DNA from: Verrucomicrobiia bacterium
GTDB lineage: Bacteria > Patescibacteriota > Saccharimonadia > Saccharimonadales > UBA4665
DNA: 33,129 nucleotides
Direction: 5' to 3'
NCBI GenBank assembly: GCA_035486285.1
Contig: DATHNF010000079.1
Location: 1-33,129, forward strand
Shown: piece by piece, positions 17,061-24,891 of the stretch
How positions within the stretch are numbered: the stretch's first letter is position 1
Layout: each line of letters begins with the position of its first letter
Made by a program: the position numbers and the translations under genes
The notes under the pieces: generated by a model
Told to the model about the DNA's origin: nothing
Seen by the model: only the letters and a program-made list of their open reading frames with translations
The model's database searches: none

Positions 17061-17537
17061 TTAGCTCAAACGCGCAACTGTACTATGGGTAATGGCGGCA
17101 GCTAGCGCGTCGGCGCAGTCGTCGGGTTTCGGAATTTCTTTGAGCTGTAAAATAACACGCACCATCTCTTGGATTTGCTGCTTCTCGGCGCGCCCATAGC
17201 CGGTCAATGCCTGCTTGATTTGCAGCGGCGTGTATTCGGCAATGATCAGGCCTGCCTGCTGCCCTGCTAGCAAGACAACACCGCGGGCTTGGGCAACGGT
17301 CATAGCTGTCGTGACATTTTGGGCGAAGAATAGCTTCTCGACCGCCATATCTGTTGGCTTAGTCTGCACAATAATATCTGTTAATTCTTCGAAGATTGTC
17401 TGCAACCGCACCGCGTCATCTTCTTTCACGGGTGTCCGAATGACGCCAGCGTCCACCAACTGGGCCTTGCCCTTGGCTGCTTCAATAACACCGAACCCTA
17501 GAATACCCGTACCGGGATCAATGCCTAGGATTCTCAT
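17061..17537 (-). CDS. ruvC: Holliday junction resolvase RuvC
   Basis: MRILGIDPGTGILGFGVIE fits, and the catalytic acidic residues are placed as in RuvC. 158 aa. Confidence 0.95.
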   Translation of the reverse strand: MRILGIDPGTGILGFGVIEAAKGKAQLVDAGVIRTPVKEDDAVRLQTIFEELTDIIVQTKPTDMAVEKLFFAQNVTTAMTVAQARGVVLLAGQQAGLIIAEYTPLQIKQALTGYGRAEKQQIQEMVRVILQLKEIPKPDDCADALAAAITHSTVARLS

Positions 17538-18082
17538 ACCCCTTTACCTAAAGGTTGGTAATTGAATCGGGCCAGGTCCGCAGCAATGTCATCATATGTT
17601 TTACCAGCCAGCTGACCGCCGGCTATAAATAGTTCTTGAGTCACCTCTACCAAGCAAAATTCCGGGGGTTTAAAGGCCTGCTTTTCTTCCAAGCTGCCGA
17701 ATTCAAAATCTATAACAACTAGTCCTTTAAGCTCGCCATCGAAAACGTCTACTTCGGCCGTTCTGCCTTCGACGGTTATCATATAGCGGTCTTTCTCAAC
17801 TCGTCTTCGACTTGCCTTACATAGCGCATCAAACTCATCTTTCTTAAGTGGAATTGTTTGCTCGGTCTGATGTGAGAAATCACTTTCGTCGACCGGCTGC
17901 TTTTTGGTAATTTCGTACTGCGTACCCTTCTGGCGAAGTCGCACATATGGCTTGGCAGCATTTTCGGGCACATATGTATCAACCAGTCTTTGCGGTGTAA
18001 CTCCGTTTAGCTCGCCGGGGATCTTACGCGCCAAGTATGTTAGTTCTAGTTCAATCTCAATATTTAAAGCCTTAGGAGGCAT
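17534..18082 (-). CDS. CYTH-domain protein (triphosphate tunnel metalloenzyme family)
   Basis: Track ORF extends to 18217, but ATG 18082 (MPPKALNIEIELELTYL...) removes the overlap with yebC. EVDVFDGELKGLVVIDFEF...PPEF..VEVTQ matches the CYTH C-terminal pattern. Confidence 0.7.
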   Translation of the reverse strand: MPPKALNIEIELELTYLARKIPGELNGVTPQRLVDTYVPENAAKPYVRLRQKGTQYEITKKQPVDESDFSHQTEQTIPLKKDEFDALCKASRRRVEKDRYMITVEGRTAEVDVFDGELKGLVVIDFEFGSLEEKQAFKPPEFCLVEVTQELFIAGGQLAGKTYDDIAADLARFNYQPLGKGV

Positions 18083-18803
18083 TAAGCAGCTCCTCGGGGA
18101 TGTCGAAATTGACGTGGGTAGCAGTGACGTCGTCGAGGGCTTCGAGGGCGTCCATGAGGCGCATGATCTTGCCAGCCGCAGCAGCATCAGTAACCTCAAC
18201 AGTGGTGTTGGGCACATAGGTCAGTTCGGCCTCGGCCACTTCTAGACCAGCAGCGCGCAGAGCATCACGGACCTTGGCTAATTCTTTCGGGCTGGTATAT
18301 ATCAGGGATTCGCTCCCTTCTTCTTGTACATCTTCGGCACCTGCTTCAAGTGCTTGCAGTAATACATCGTCACCCGCAGCCTTCACGCGGATCATGCCTT
18401 TGTGATCAAATTGGAAAGCAACTGCGCCTTTCTCGGCAATGTTGCCGCCATGTTTGGAAAAAGCTAGCTTTACCTCTGGATACGTGCGGTTGATATTATC
18501 GGTAGCGCATTCTGCCAGGATAGCCACGCCGCCGGGACCATAGCCTTCATACAAAACCTCTTGGAGTTGGGCGGCGTCCTTGTCCTTAACCCGGTCAATC
18601 GAACGCTGGATGTTGTTGGACGGCATGTTGGCCGCTTTGGCCCGGTCTATAGCCAGGCGCAGGCTGAAGTTGGTTTCCGGATCGGCGCCACCACGAGCGG
18701 CGATAGCAATCGCATTGCCGAGCTTGGTAAAGACAGCCCCACGGGCAGCATCCTTGGCGCCCTTCTCGCGTTTAATCGTTGACCATTTGCTGTGACCACT
18801 CAC
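18072..18803 (-). CDS. yebC: YebC/PmpR family DNA-binding regulator
   Basis: (GTG)SGHSKWSTIKREKGAKDAARGAVFTKL is the hallmark N-terminus. 243 aa. Confidence 0.9.
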   Translation of the reverse strand: MSGHSKWSTIKREKGAKDAARGAVFTKLGNAIAIAARGGADPETNFSLRLAIDRAKAANMPSNNIQRSIDRVKDKDAAQLQEVLYEGYGPGGVAILAECATDNINRTYPEVKLAFSKHGGNIAEKGAVAFQFDHKGMIRVKAAGDDVLLQALEAGAEDVQEEGSESLIYTSPKELAKVRDALRAAGLEVAEAELTYVPNTTVEVTDAAAAGKIMRLMDALEALDDVTATHVNFDIPEELLNAS

Positions 18804-20274
18804 CTGTTTGTGCCTCGCTGGTTACTTCGTTTCTATCTGTTATTTTAGCATATCCCAGGGCTCTTGTCTTCCCCCACAACAAAGTGGCCAGCCCAGCCGG
18901 CAGAACATACAAACCAAGCATTTGCGCCAGTGATAGCCCAAGGTGCTGAACGAAAACATGCGGTATTCGAGCCAAGACATGCGCCACGTCAAGCATGTAG
19001 GTAAGTAGTAATCGCGCAGGCCAAGCCAGCCACCCAGCAATCGAACCAGCCAGCATGCCGGCCAAACCGGCGACCAGACTTAGCAGCATGGCCAGCGGCA
19101 CCAGCGTGACGACCAGCACGTTGGCCGGCAAACCGATAAATGACATTTGCCCGAACGTATAGAGCACGAATGGTAACGTCATGGTTTCGGCGCACAGGCT
19201 CTCCAGCGCGACGCCGACAACTAGCGAATCGTGCCAGCGCCGCAACCATCGTTTCTGCGCTAGTGGAGCTAGCACCAACACGCCGAAAAACGCCAGAAAA
19301 CTCAAATACCAACTGACATCACTCCAAATATAGAACGGGTTAGCCCAAGCAGTGATCGCTGCCGCCAGCATAATCAGGTTAAGCGGCTTGAAGCGTCGTC
19401 CATAATAACTTGCCGCAATGCTTAACACGCTAACTATAGCTGCGCGAACAATTGAGGCGCTGGCCCCTGCCAGGAGTAGAAACAGCCCGATTAAGATCAG
19501 CGAGAGTAAGGTCGCGATCCGTTTGGAGCGCCGGGCGAACAAGCCTTTGCTGGCATGCAGCATAATCGTCAGATTATAACCGGACACCGCGATAATATGC
19601 GTCAGACCGACCATTAGCAAATCCTGTTTGACGTTAGCTGGCAATGTCGCCCGTTGCCCAATCAGTAGGCCCATAGCAAACGAGGCCAATGGCTCCGGCA
19701 AGGCGCTCTGCATACCAGCGGCGAACTTTCGCCGGGTCTCAGCTACCAACGACGGATGCTGCTCAATAAGTACTAGTTGGGCAAAGCTCAAGCGGCCCTG
19801 GTAGGCTCCATATCCCGGATACAACTTGCCGCTCACCTGCACCTCGTCACCCTGGAAGACACCGTTCAGTCCAAACCCACTAACGGCTATCTTGCCAGCT
19901 AGTCTCGTCCCATCGTCCAGGTACACGTTATTGGCGTCGAAAGACAATTGCGAATTAGTGCCGTAGACCGCATCCTCGGTTGCCTGCGCGCTAATAATAA
20001 TCTTGTGGTAATACAGCGGCTGGTAAGCTGCCAGCTTGTCCATAAACACGGCGCCGCGCTGGCAGCCGATACTCAGACCCAGCATCACTACGGCTAACCC
20101 GGCCAATGCTGTTCGCCCGCGCAAAGTGAAAGCTAGAATGGTAGCGTTTACCCAACTCCAAGACGCTCCCAACAGCAAACCTGCCCGGGCCAAGCCCAAA
20201 CCACCCAGTACAGCCAAGAAGAATACCAGCCACAACGTCGTCCGCCGTAACCGATACCGCCAAACCCATCGCAT
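18772..20274 (-). CDS. comEC: ComEC/Rec2 DNA-uptake channel (OB/DUF4131 + competence domains only)
   Basis: ATG 20274 is preferred over the TTG at 20292. It is polytopic with GLTHIIAVSGYNLTIM (competence domain). At 500 aa it has no room for a C-terminal metallo-beta-lactamase domain. Confidence 0.8.
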   Translation of the reverse strand: MRWVWRYRLRRTTLWLVFFLAVLGGLGLARAGLLLGASWSWVNATILAFTLRGRTALAGLAVVMLGLSIGCQRGAVFMDKLAAYQPLYYHKIIISAQATEDAVYGTNSQLSFDANNVYLDDGTRLAGKIAVSGFGLNGVFQGDEVQVSGKLYPGYGAYQGRLSFAQLVLIEQHPSLVAETRRKFAAGMQSALPEPLASFAMGLLIGQRATLPANVKQDLLMVGLTHIIAVSGYNLTIMLHASKGLFARRSKRIATLLSLILIGLFLLLAGASASIVRAAIVSVLSIAASYYGRRFKPLNLIMLAAAITAWANPFYIWSDVSWYLSFLAFFGVLVLAPLAQKRWLRRWHDSLVVGVALESLCAETMTLPFVLYTFGQMSFIGLPANVLVVTLVPLAMLLSLVAGLAGMLAGSIAGWLAWPARLLLTYMLDVAHVLARIPHVFVQHLGLSLAQMLGLYVLPAGLATLLWGKTRALGYAKITDRNEVTSEAQTGEWSQQMVND

Positions 20275-20353
20275 GTACCGGCATTCTACCAACCCAAACC
20301 GCTAACGCCAGCAACAGTTAAGATTAGTTTAAGTTCCTCTAGCTAAAGGCGTG

Positions 20354-20629
20354 CTAGCGAGTTACAAAAATAAAAAGCGCGCTGATAAAACTTCTCTTAT
20401 TAAAATACATTTCTTCCGCAACATGCCCTAGATAAATTCCTAAACCTAGCCCTGCGACATCTTTGCTCCTTACAATTAGCCCTATAACGAACAGAAGCAA
20501 TCCCCAAACACTATGGTGAATATGAACCTTGGTGAACCTATCTGGATTGATTTTCTTACTAATCTTCTTAGATATCGGATTGAGCAAGAAGGTTACAATG
20601 AACGTGATTATTATCAAAAAAATCTGCAT
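20354..20629 (-). CDS. hypothetical 91-aa membrane protein in a visibly A+T-rich patch
   Basis: ATG start and three hydrophobic segments. Its composition differs by eye from the neighbours. It lies immediately 3' of tRNA-Lys. Confidence 0.5.
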   Translation of the reverse strand: MQIFLIIITFIVTFLLNPISKKISKKINPDRFTKVHIHHSVWGLLLFVIGLIVRSKDVAGLGLGIYLGHVAEEMYFNKRSFISALFIFVTR

Positions 20630-20641
20630 GTGGCTGGATTA

Positions 20642-20718
20642 TGGAGGGCCCGGTGGGACTCGAACCCACGACACCCTGCTTAAAAGGCAGGTGCTCTAAC
20701 CGGCTGAGCTACGGGCCC
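20642..20718 (-). tRNA. tRNA-Lys (anticodon UUU), CCA encoded
   Basis: The reverse complement GGGCCCG-TA-GCTC-AGCCGGTTA-GAGC-A-CCTGC-CTTTTAA-GCAGG-GTGTC-GTGGG-TTCGAGT-CCCAC-CGGGCCC-T-CCA folds as a 77-nt cloverleaf. Confidence 0.95.
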
Positions 20719-20737
20719 AAAAAGTCCCGGTGGGACT
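20719..20737 (-). terminator. hairpin + T5 abutting the tRNA 5' end
   Basis: On the minus strand, AGTCCC-ACC-GGGACT is followed by TTTTT and then immediately by tRNA nucleotide 1. Confidence 0.4.
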
Positions 20738-20854
20738 CTTTGTAGACACGAGCGAAGCGTCTTCAGTGAAACTTGCTCGCCTACGTTTTTCCCAAATGCG
20801 GGAGCAGGACTTCTATTCATTTCATTCTGCTTAGAAAAAGCAAAATAACTCCTT

Positions 20855-20884
20855 ACATTATCCGTAATCAGGCCGAAAAGTCAA
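20855..20884 (-). promoter_or_regulatory. candidate promoter giving a ~125-nt leader before tRNA-Lys
   Basis: On the minus strand: TTGACT (20879-20884), 18 nt spacer, TAATGT (20855-20860). It starts 1 nt after the upstream gene's stop. Confidence 0.4.
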
Positions 20885-20885
20885 T

Positions 20886-21395
20886 CTAGTCTTTGTGCTT
20901 GCCGCGTTTGTGGCCGCCGGTTTTTGGGCGTTGGAGCCAGAGAACAAGCAGGCAGACAAGGGCGCTGGAGCCAACGATGAGGTCTTGAGCACGTAGTACC
21001 TGCGACCACAATGAAGAATTGATAATGGTATCGCTGGTTCCAGCTGGTAGCAGGGGTACGACCAGTAGACCGCCAAGCAGGCCAACACCGGCGGCTGGCA
21101 ACAGGTTCAGCGCTAGGCGGCCGTAGCCCCGCACCGTACGAATCATGAAGATAGCAGTGAGTACTACGGGGAGCAGCAACAGGAGGAGCTTGATGTTATC
21201 GTTGCCGGTGTCGACGCCTTTCGGTACATGAGCCGCGAAGAGTGTCACGAACGAGTTGGCATCCGGCGCCACAAACTGCACTAGGACATCGCCTAGACAA
21301 AGGCTAAGAAACACCAAGGCCGCGTTAATGCGCAGCAGCAGTAACAGTGCTACCGGGGCGAGCACAATAGCGCCAAGTATGATTTGAGGGGACAT
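20886..21395 (-). CDS. hypothetical polytopic membrane protein (169 aa)
   Basis: Four to five hydrophobic helices and a basic C-terminus. It has its own TGgTATAAT (21425-21433) and an AAGGA SD upstream. Confidence 0.6.
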   Translation of the reverse strand: MSPQIILGAIVLAPVALLLLLRINAALVFLSLCLGDVLVQFVAPDANSFVTLFAAHVPKGVDTGNDNIKLLLLLLPVVLTAIFMIRTVRGYGRLALNLLPAAGVGLLGGLLVVPLLPAGTSDTIINSSLWSQVLRAQDLIVGSSALVCLLVLWLQRPKTGGHKRGKHKD

Positions 21396-21457
21396 AGTTT
21401 TTGTTTTTATCCTTAGCCGGTTAAATTATACCATGAACGGTAGTAATAGAGCGTGTT

Positions 21458-22360
21458 TCAGGCGCCGACTTTGTCTTTGCGCCGGCCGGATTTGACTCCC
21501 AATTCGACGTAGTCAATGATGTCACTGGCCACATTGTGGTTAGTAACCTTCTCGATCGCAAAACCAGGGCTGGCATTGACTTCCAGCACCAGCGGACCGC
21601 GGGAACTGCGCATCATGTCCACGCCACAAATCGGTAGGCCCATAGCTTTGGCTGCCTTCTGGGCCGTTTTACGCTCTTCGTCTGTCAACTTCAGGGCTAT
21701 GCCCTCGCCGCCCTGGTGCAAGTTGGAACGGAAGTCATCGTCCAGGCTCTGCCGCAGCATGCTAGCTACAACTCTGCCATTGACTACAAAGGCGCGGATG
21801 TCGACACCGGCGCTCTCAGCGACGAACTCCTGCACTAAGAAGTTCACGCCCTCCACGTAGAAAGCCTGCATCACGGCCAAGGCGGCTTTGCGGGTCTCGG
21901 CCAGCACCACGCCGTTACCGTGAGTCCCGCGAGCAACCTTGATAATCACGGGCGCCCCACCAACCTGTTCGAGCACGCCCTCGAAGTCCGCCGTCTCGCG
22001 GGCAAAGACCGTCTTAGGAATACCAACGCCCGTCTTGGCCAGCAGCTGCATACTTCGCAGCTTGTCGCGTGACCGCACAATCGCGATCGAACTCGTGGTA
22101 GTAAAGACGTTCTGCATTTCGAACTGCCGGACAATAGCTGAGCCGTAGCGGGTTAGACTGGAGGCAATTCGCGGGATAATGACGTCGACATTGCTTAAGT
22201 CCTTGCCGCGGTAGCGAACGACCGGTTTACTGCTCTCGACAGAAACATAACACTTAGCATAGTTCACTACCCTGACGGCATGGCCGCGCTTCTCAGCCTC
22301 TTCTTTGAGGCGTTTGGTGGAGTAATTACCCGGGCCTTTTGAAAGAATTACTATATTCAT
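21458..22360 (-). CDS. rimK: RimK-family ATP-grasp alpha-L-glutamate ligase
   Basis: 300 aa. MNIVILS..NYSTKRLKEEAEKRGH..., VIIKVARGTHGNGV and LPICGVDMMRSSRGPLVLEVNASPG are typical of RimK. Confidence 0.85.
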   Translation of the reverse strand: MNIVILSKGPGNYSTKRLKEEAEKRGHAVRVVNYAKCYVSVESSKPVVRYRGKDLSNVDVIIPRIASSLTRYGSAIVRQFEMQNVFTTTSSIAIVRSRDKLRSMQLLAKTGVGIPKTVFARETADFEGVLEQVGGAPVIIKVARGTHGNGVVLAETRKAALAVMQAFYVEGVNFLVQEFVAESAGVDIRAFVVNGRVVASMLRQSLDDDFRSNLHQGGEGIALKLTDEERKTAQKAAKAMGLPICGVDMMRSSRGPLVLEVNASPGFAIEKVTNHNVASDIIDYVELGVKSGRRKDKVGA

Positions 22361-22845
22361 ACGCTGTCCTTGTCTGCATGTAATGCGTCAATCGCCGCTT
22401 GCTTCTGTACTTCTCGCAGTCTTTCCTGTTTTAGCAGCGGCGTGCCTAGTTTAACATCAACGATGAATTTTCCACGTAAAACATTTCGTCCAAGCAGAAT
22501 TGGATAGACTTGCTCAGAGCGGTCAGCCAGCGTGAAGGTCGCTCTGATTTTCCGGCCTTTGAGCGAAACAACCTTCCTCACCGCGTACCGTTGCTGGACA
22601 TGGCCGGTGGAATTGGCAACGAGGCGCTGGCTGTACGTCTTGGTTCGGACTGTGTTACCGGTGTACAACTGGCTGCCTTGGCCGAACAGCGAATACATCA
22701 GCACTCCGTCTTTCTCGATAATATTTGAGGCCCAGATAGCTGACGTCTTGGCACCAGTATCAACACGAGCTGGAATCGGAGTCTTAGTATACTCGGGGAG
22801 GTTAACATATTCGGCACGGCCGATTGTGGTTTGCTTGGGATCCAT
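22357..22845 (-). CDS. retropepsin-like aspartic protease (RimB / DUF785-type, annotated elsewhere as putative ATP-dependent zinc protease)
   Basis: 162 aa. ...IPARVDTGAKTSAIWA... carries the D-T-G-A motif, and ...YPILLGRNVL also fits. ATGA overlap with rimK and TAATG overlap with the upstream ATP-grasp gene. Confidence 0.7.
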   Translation of the reverse strand: MDPKQTTIGRAEYVNLPEYTKTPIPARVDTGAKTSAIWASNIIEKDGVLMYSLFGQGSQLYTGNTVRTKTYSQRLVANSTGHVQQRYAVRKVVSLKGRKIRATFTLADRSEQVYPILLGRNVLRGKFIVDVKLGTPLLKQERLREVQKQAAIDALHADKDSV

Positions 22846-23771
22846 TACTTGGCCGCCAATTCCGCGAAGTAGTTCGCATAGATAGCAAGCTTTTCCTCTT
22901 GGAACGCGCCGCTGGCAATTTGCGGGCTAGCATTTACTTCGAGAATGTAGGGCGTACCAGTACCTGCTTCTAGCATGACATCCACGCCGGCTACATCGCG
23001 GTTCATAAGCTTGGCGGCACGTAGCGACAGGTCTTGCAATGCTTGGCTGAGATGATCTACAGGCAGCAGGCGTGCCGAAGCACCTTGCGAGGTGTTGTTC
23101 AGGTGTGTGCTGTCGTCAACGCGTCGGCGCTCCAGCACTAGCTGTATACTCCCGCCGACAACTAGTACGCGCAGATCGCTTTCGTTGGCGATGAAGGCCT
23201 GGGCTATGAAGTGTTTCCCTTGGTTGGCGGCTATGATCTCCGCTAGCTGAGCCTTGCTCTTGACGAGGTAATTATCGTCGCCTGTACTGCCGTCTATGGC
23301 TTTGAAAATAAATGATTCACCCAGCTTGGACTGAATTTCCTGGTAGCGCGCTTGGTAATGCTCTAATGACAGGTACAGCGTGTGCGGAACGCGAATACCG
23401 CCGCGGGCCAAACGGGCCAATTGACTGAGTTTATAGGCGGGGATGTAGTACTTGAGCTCATTACCACTAAAGGGGATGTTGCGGTCTTGCAGCACTTCGG
23501 CAATAGCCGTAGCTTGCTCGTGATACCGGAAATACGATTTAAAATATACTGCCTTAAAAGTGTCCAGATCCTGGCCGGTTGACACGACAAAGGCGCGCAA
23601 CGACCCCTCGCTAATTTCCAGGCCAATATTATGGTAATTCTGCCACTCCATTTGGCATGTCGCTTGCAAACGGTCGTTCAGGCGCGCGACAAAGTCATTA
23701 TTGGTGGCCATATTTTCGTCATTTTCCGCGGACGAAAGTATTAGAATCTTAGGCGGTAGTGTTTGGGGCAT
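22845..23771 (-). CDS. second, divergent RimK-like ATP-grasp ligase (308 aa)
   Basis: The C-terminal RDVAGVDVMLEAGTGTPYILEVNASPQIASG and central FIFKAIDGSTGDDNYLV fit the ATP-grasp fold. It is the first gene of the three-gene operon. Confidence 0.7.
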   Translation of the reverse strand: MPQTLPPKILILSSAENDENMATNNDFVARLNDRLQATCQMEWQNYHNIGLEISEGSLRAFVVSTGQDLDTFKAVYFKSYFRYHEQATAIAEVLQDRNIPFSGNELKYYIPAYKLSQLARLARGGIRVPHTLYLSLEHYQARYQEIQSKLGESFIFKAIDGSTGDDNYLVKSKAQLAEIIAANQGKHFIAQAFIANESDLRVLVVGGSIQLVLERRRVDDSTHLNNTSQGASARLLPVDHLSQALQDLSLRAAKLMNRDVAGVDVMLEAGTGTPYILEVNASPQIASGAFQEEKLAIYANYFAELAAK

Positions 23772-23892
23772 AGTGGTATCTTCTCGTTATATTACTTGGT
23801 TTGCAAGGATTTAAGCACTGACAATATGGGCTTTGGCGTCTATTTAATTAAATATGCAGTTTACTGAAATTCACAAAGAGGTACAAGGCTAT

Positions 23893-23921
23893 ATTATATC
23901 AGATAATATAATCTTTGTAAA
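23893..23921 (-). promoter_or_regulatory. promoter of the ATP-grasp operon, overlapping an AT palindrome
   Basis: On the minus strand: TTTACA (23916-23921), 17 nt spacer, TATAAT (23893-23898), giving a ~115-nt leader. The palindrome tatattat-N5-ataatata (23890-23910) covers the -10. Confidence 0.5.
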
Positions 23922-23923
23922 TT

Positions 23924-24040
23924 CTATTGCTGTGAGTGCAGCACCCGGGTATATACCAAATAAACGACAGCTACCACAACCAACAAAACCAGGATAAGCA
24001 TAGGGAGAAAGCCGGATTGATTCAGCGGCTGGCGTTTCAT
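23924..24040 (-). CDS. possible 38-aa single-TM peptide
   Basis: My translation: MKRQPLNQSGFLPMLILVLLVVVAVVYLVYTRVLHSQQ. It is preceded by the leaderless-type promoter at 24048-24076. Confidence 0.35.
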   Translation of the reverse strand: MKRQPLNQSGFLPMLILVLLVVVAVVYLVYTRVLHSQQ

Positions 24041-24047
24041 GGGCCCT

Positions 24048-24076
24048 ATTATTAAGGCACAAGCGGTTTTTGGCAA
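24048..24076 (-). promoter_or_regulatory. candidate leaderless promoter of the 38-aa ORF
   Basis: On the minus strand: TTGCCA (24071-24076), 17 nt spacer, AATAAT (24048-24053), then 7 nt to ATG 24040. Confidence 0.4.
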
Positions 24077-24094
24077 CCCCAATCTGTTAGAGTA

Positions 24095-24123
24095 TTGCTA
24101 TTCTTTTAGGCTTATGCTATAAT
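24095..24123 (+). promoter_or_regulatory. candidate leaderless promoter of the GGDEF gene
   Basis: TTGCTA (24095-24100), 17 nt spacer, TGcTATAAT (24115-24123), then 7 nt to ATG 24131. Confidence 0.55.
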
Positions 24124-24130
24124 GTATATT

Positions 24131-24874
24131 ATGCACGAAGCCGTTAGTACTGTATTAGAAACACCGGCGTTGCCTGAATTAATGGCCAAAAAAGTTTGGC
24201 ATAACCAGGTACCTGTCCGAATTACCCAAGCAGAACAGGCTGGCGAACCTCTTTCTGTGGCCTTTATCGACGTTGACCACTTCAAAGACATTAACGATAC
24301 CTTAGGGCATGCCGCGGGTGACAGAGTCATTGCCGACATAGAGCAGGTTGTGGCCTTCGTAGCCGAGAATCTGCGGACCGGCAAAGAAGACGACGCCCCG
24401 CAAACTGAACGACGTAGCGAAACAGTAGCGAAGGTTACAACAGGCGACATGGTGGCCTACAGCCAACCTACCGACGAAGACGCCGAGAAGCAATCTGTGC
24501 ACGTCGATCCCGGTCATATTGGCGGTGATGAATTCGCCATATTGGCGAAGGTAGATGCAGCTGGCGCGCAAGGCTTAACAGCTCGTCTGCGCAGAGCGTT
24601 CAGCGACTATCTGGAATTACCCGAAAATGCTGAGCTCAAAAAGCTAGGTATTGGCTTATCAATCGGTGTTGCGACGCTTCAACCTGGCATGACAGGGAGC
24701 GAGCTGCTGGCAGAAGCAGACGTTAATCTATACAAGAACAAGCTTGAACAATTGCCGCCGCTCACTGAGCAACAAGAAGCTGTCCTGCGTCTCGCCAAAG
24801 CCGCGATTGAAGCTTCAGACTTACGGATGCGTGACTTGCTGAAGTACGAACACTTGATAGACCACGAAGGCTAG
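24131..24874 (+). CDS. stand-alone GGDEF-domain diguanylate cyclase with an internal acidic insertion
   Basis: VAFIDVDHFKDINDTLGHAAGDRV is followed by a ~50-aa insert, then GHIGGDEFAIL and LSIGVA. There is no N-terminal sensor domain. ATG 24131 is preferred over 24122 because 24122 lies inside the -10 hexamer. Confidence 0.8.
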   Translation: MHEAVSTVLETPALPELMAKKVWHNQVPVRITQAEQAGEPLSVAFIDVDHFKDINDTLGHAAGDRVIADIEQVVAFVAENLRTGKEDDAPQTERRSETVAKVTTGDMVAYSQPTDEDAEKQSVHVDPGHIGGDEFAILAKVDAAGAQGLTARLRRAFSDYLELPENAELKKLGIGLSIGVATLQPGMTGSELLAEADVNLYKNKLEQLPPLTEQQEAVLRLAKAAIEASDLRMRDLLKYEHLIDHEG

Positions 24875-24891
24875 CTGTAGCACGGGCTGGC

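Noticed and set aside
20649-20738. 13-nt direct repeat of the tRNA-Lys 3' half as an att site of an integrated element
   Set aside because: The second copy lies on the 5' side of the tRNA only 77 nt away, not at the far end of an island. No integrase is present. The repeat is better explained as part of a hairpin.
21458-24040. Graspetide (microviridin-like) RiPP cluster, because of two RimK-like ATP-grasp enzymes plus a protease
   Set aside because: I found no plausible precursor peptide with a Thr/Ser/Lys/Asp/Glu-rich core. The only nearby small ORF (38 aa) is a hydrophobic TM peptide, and one ligase is a canonical RimK.
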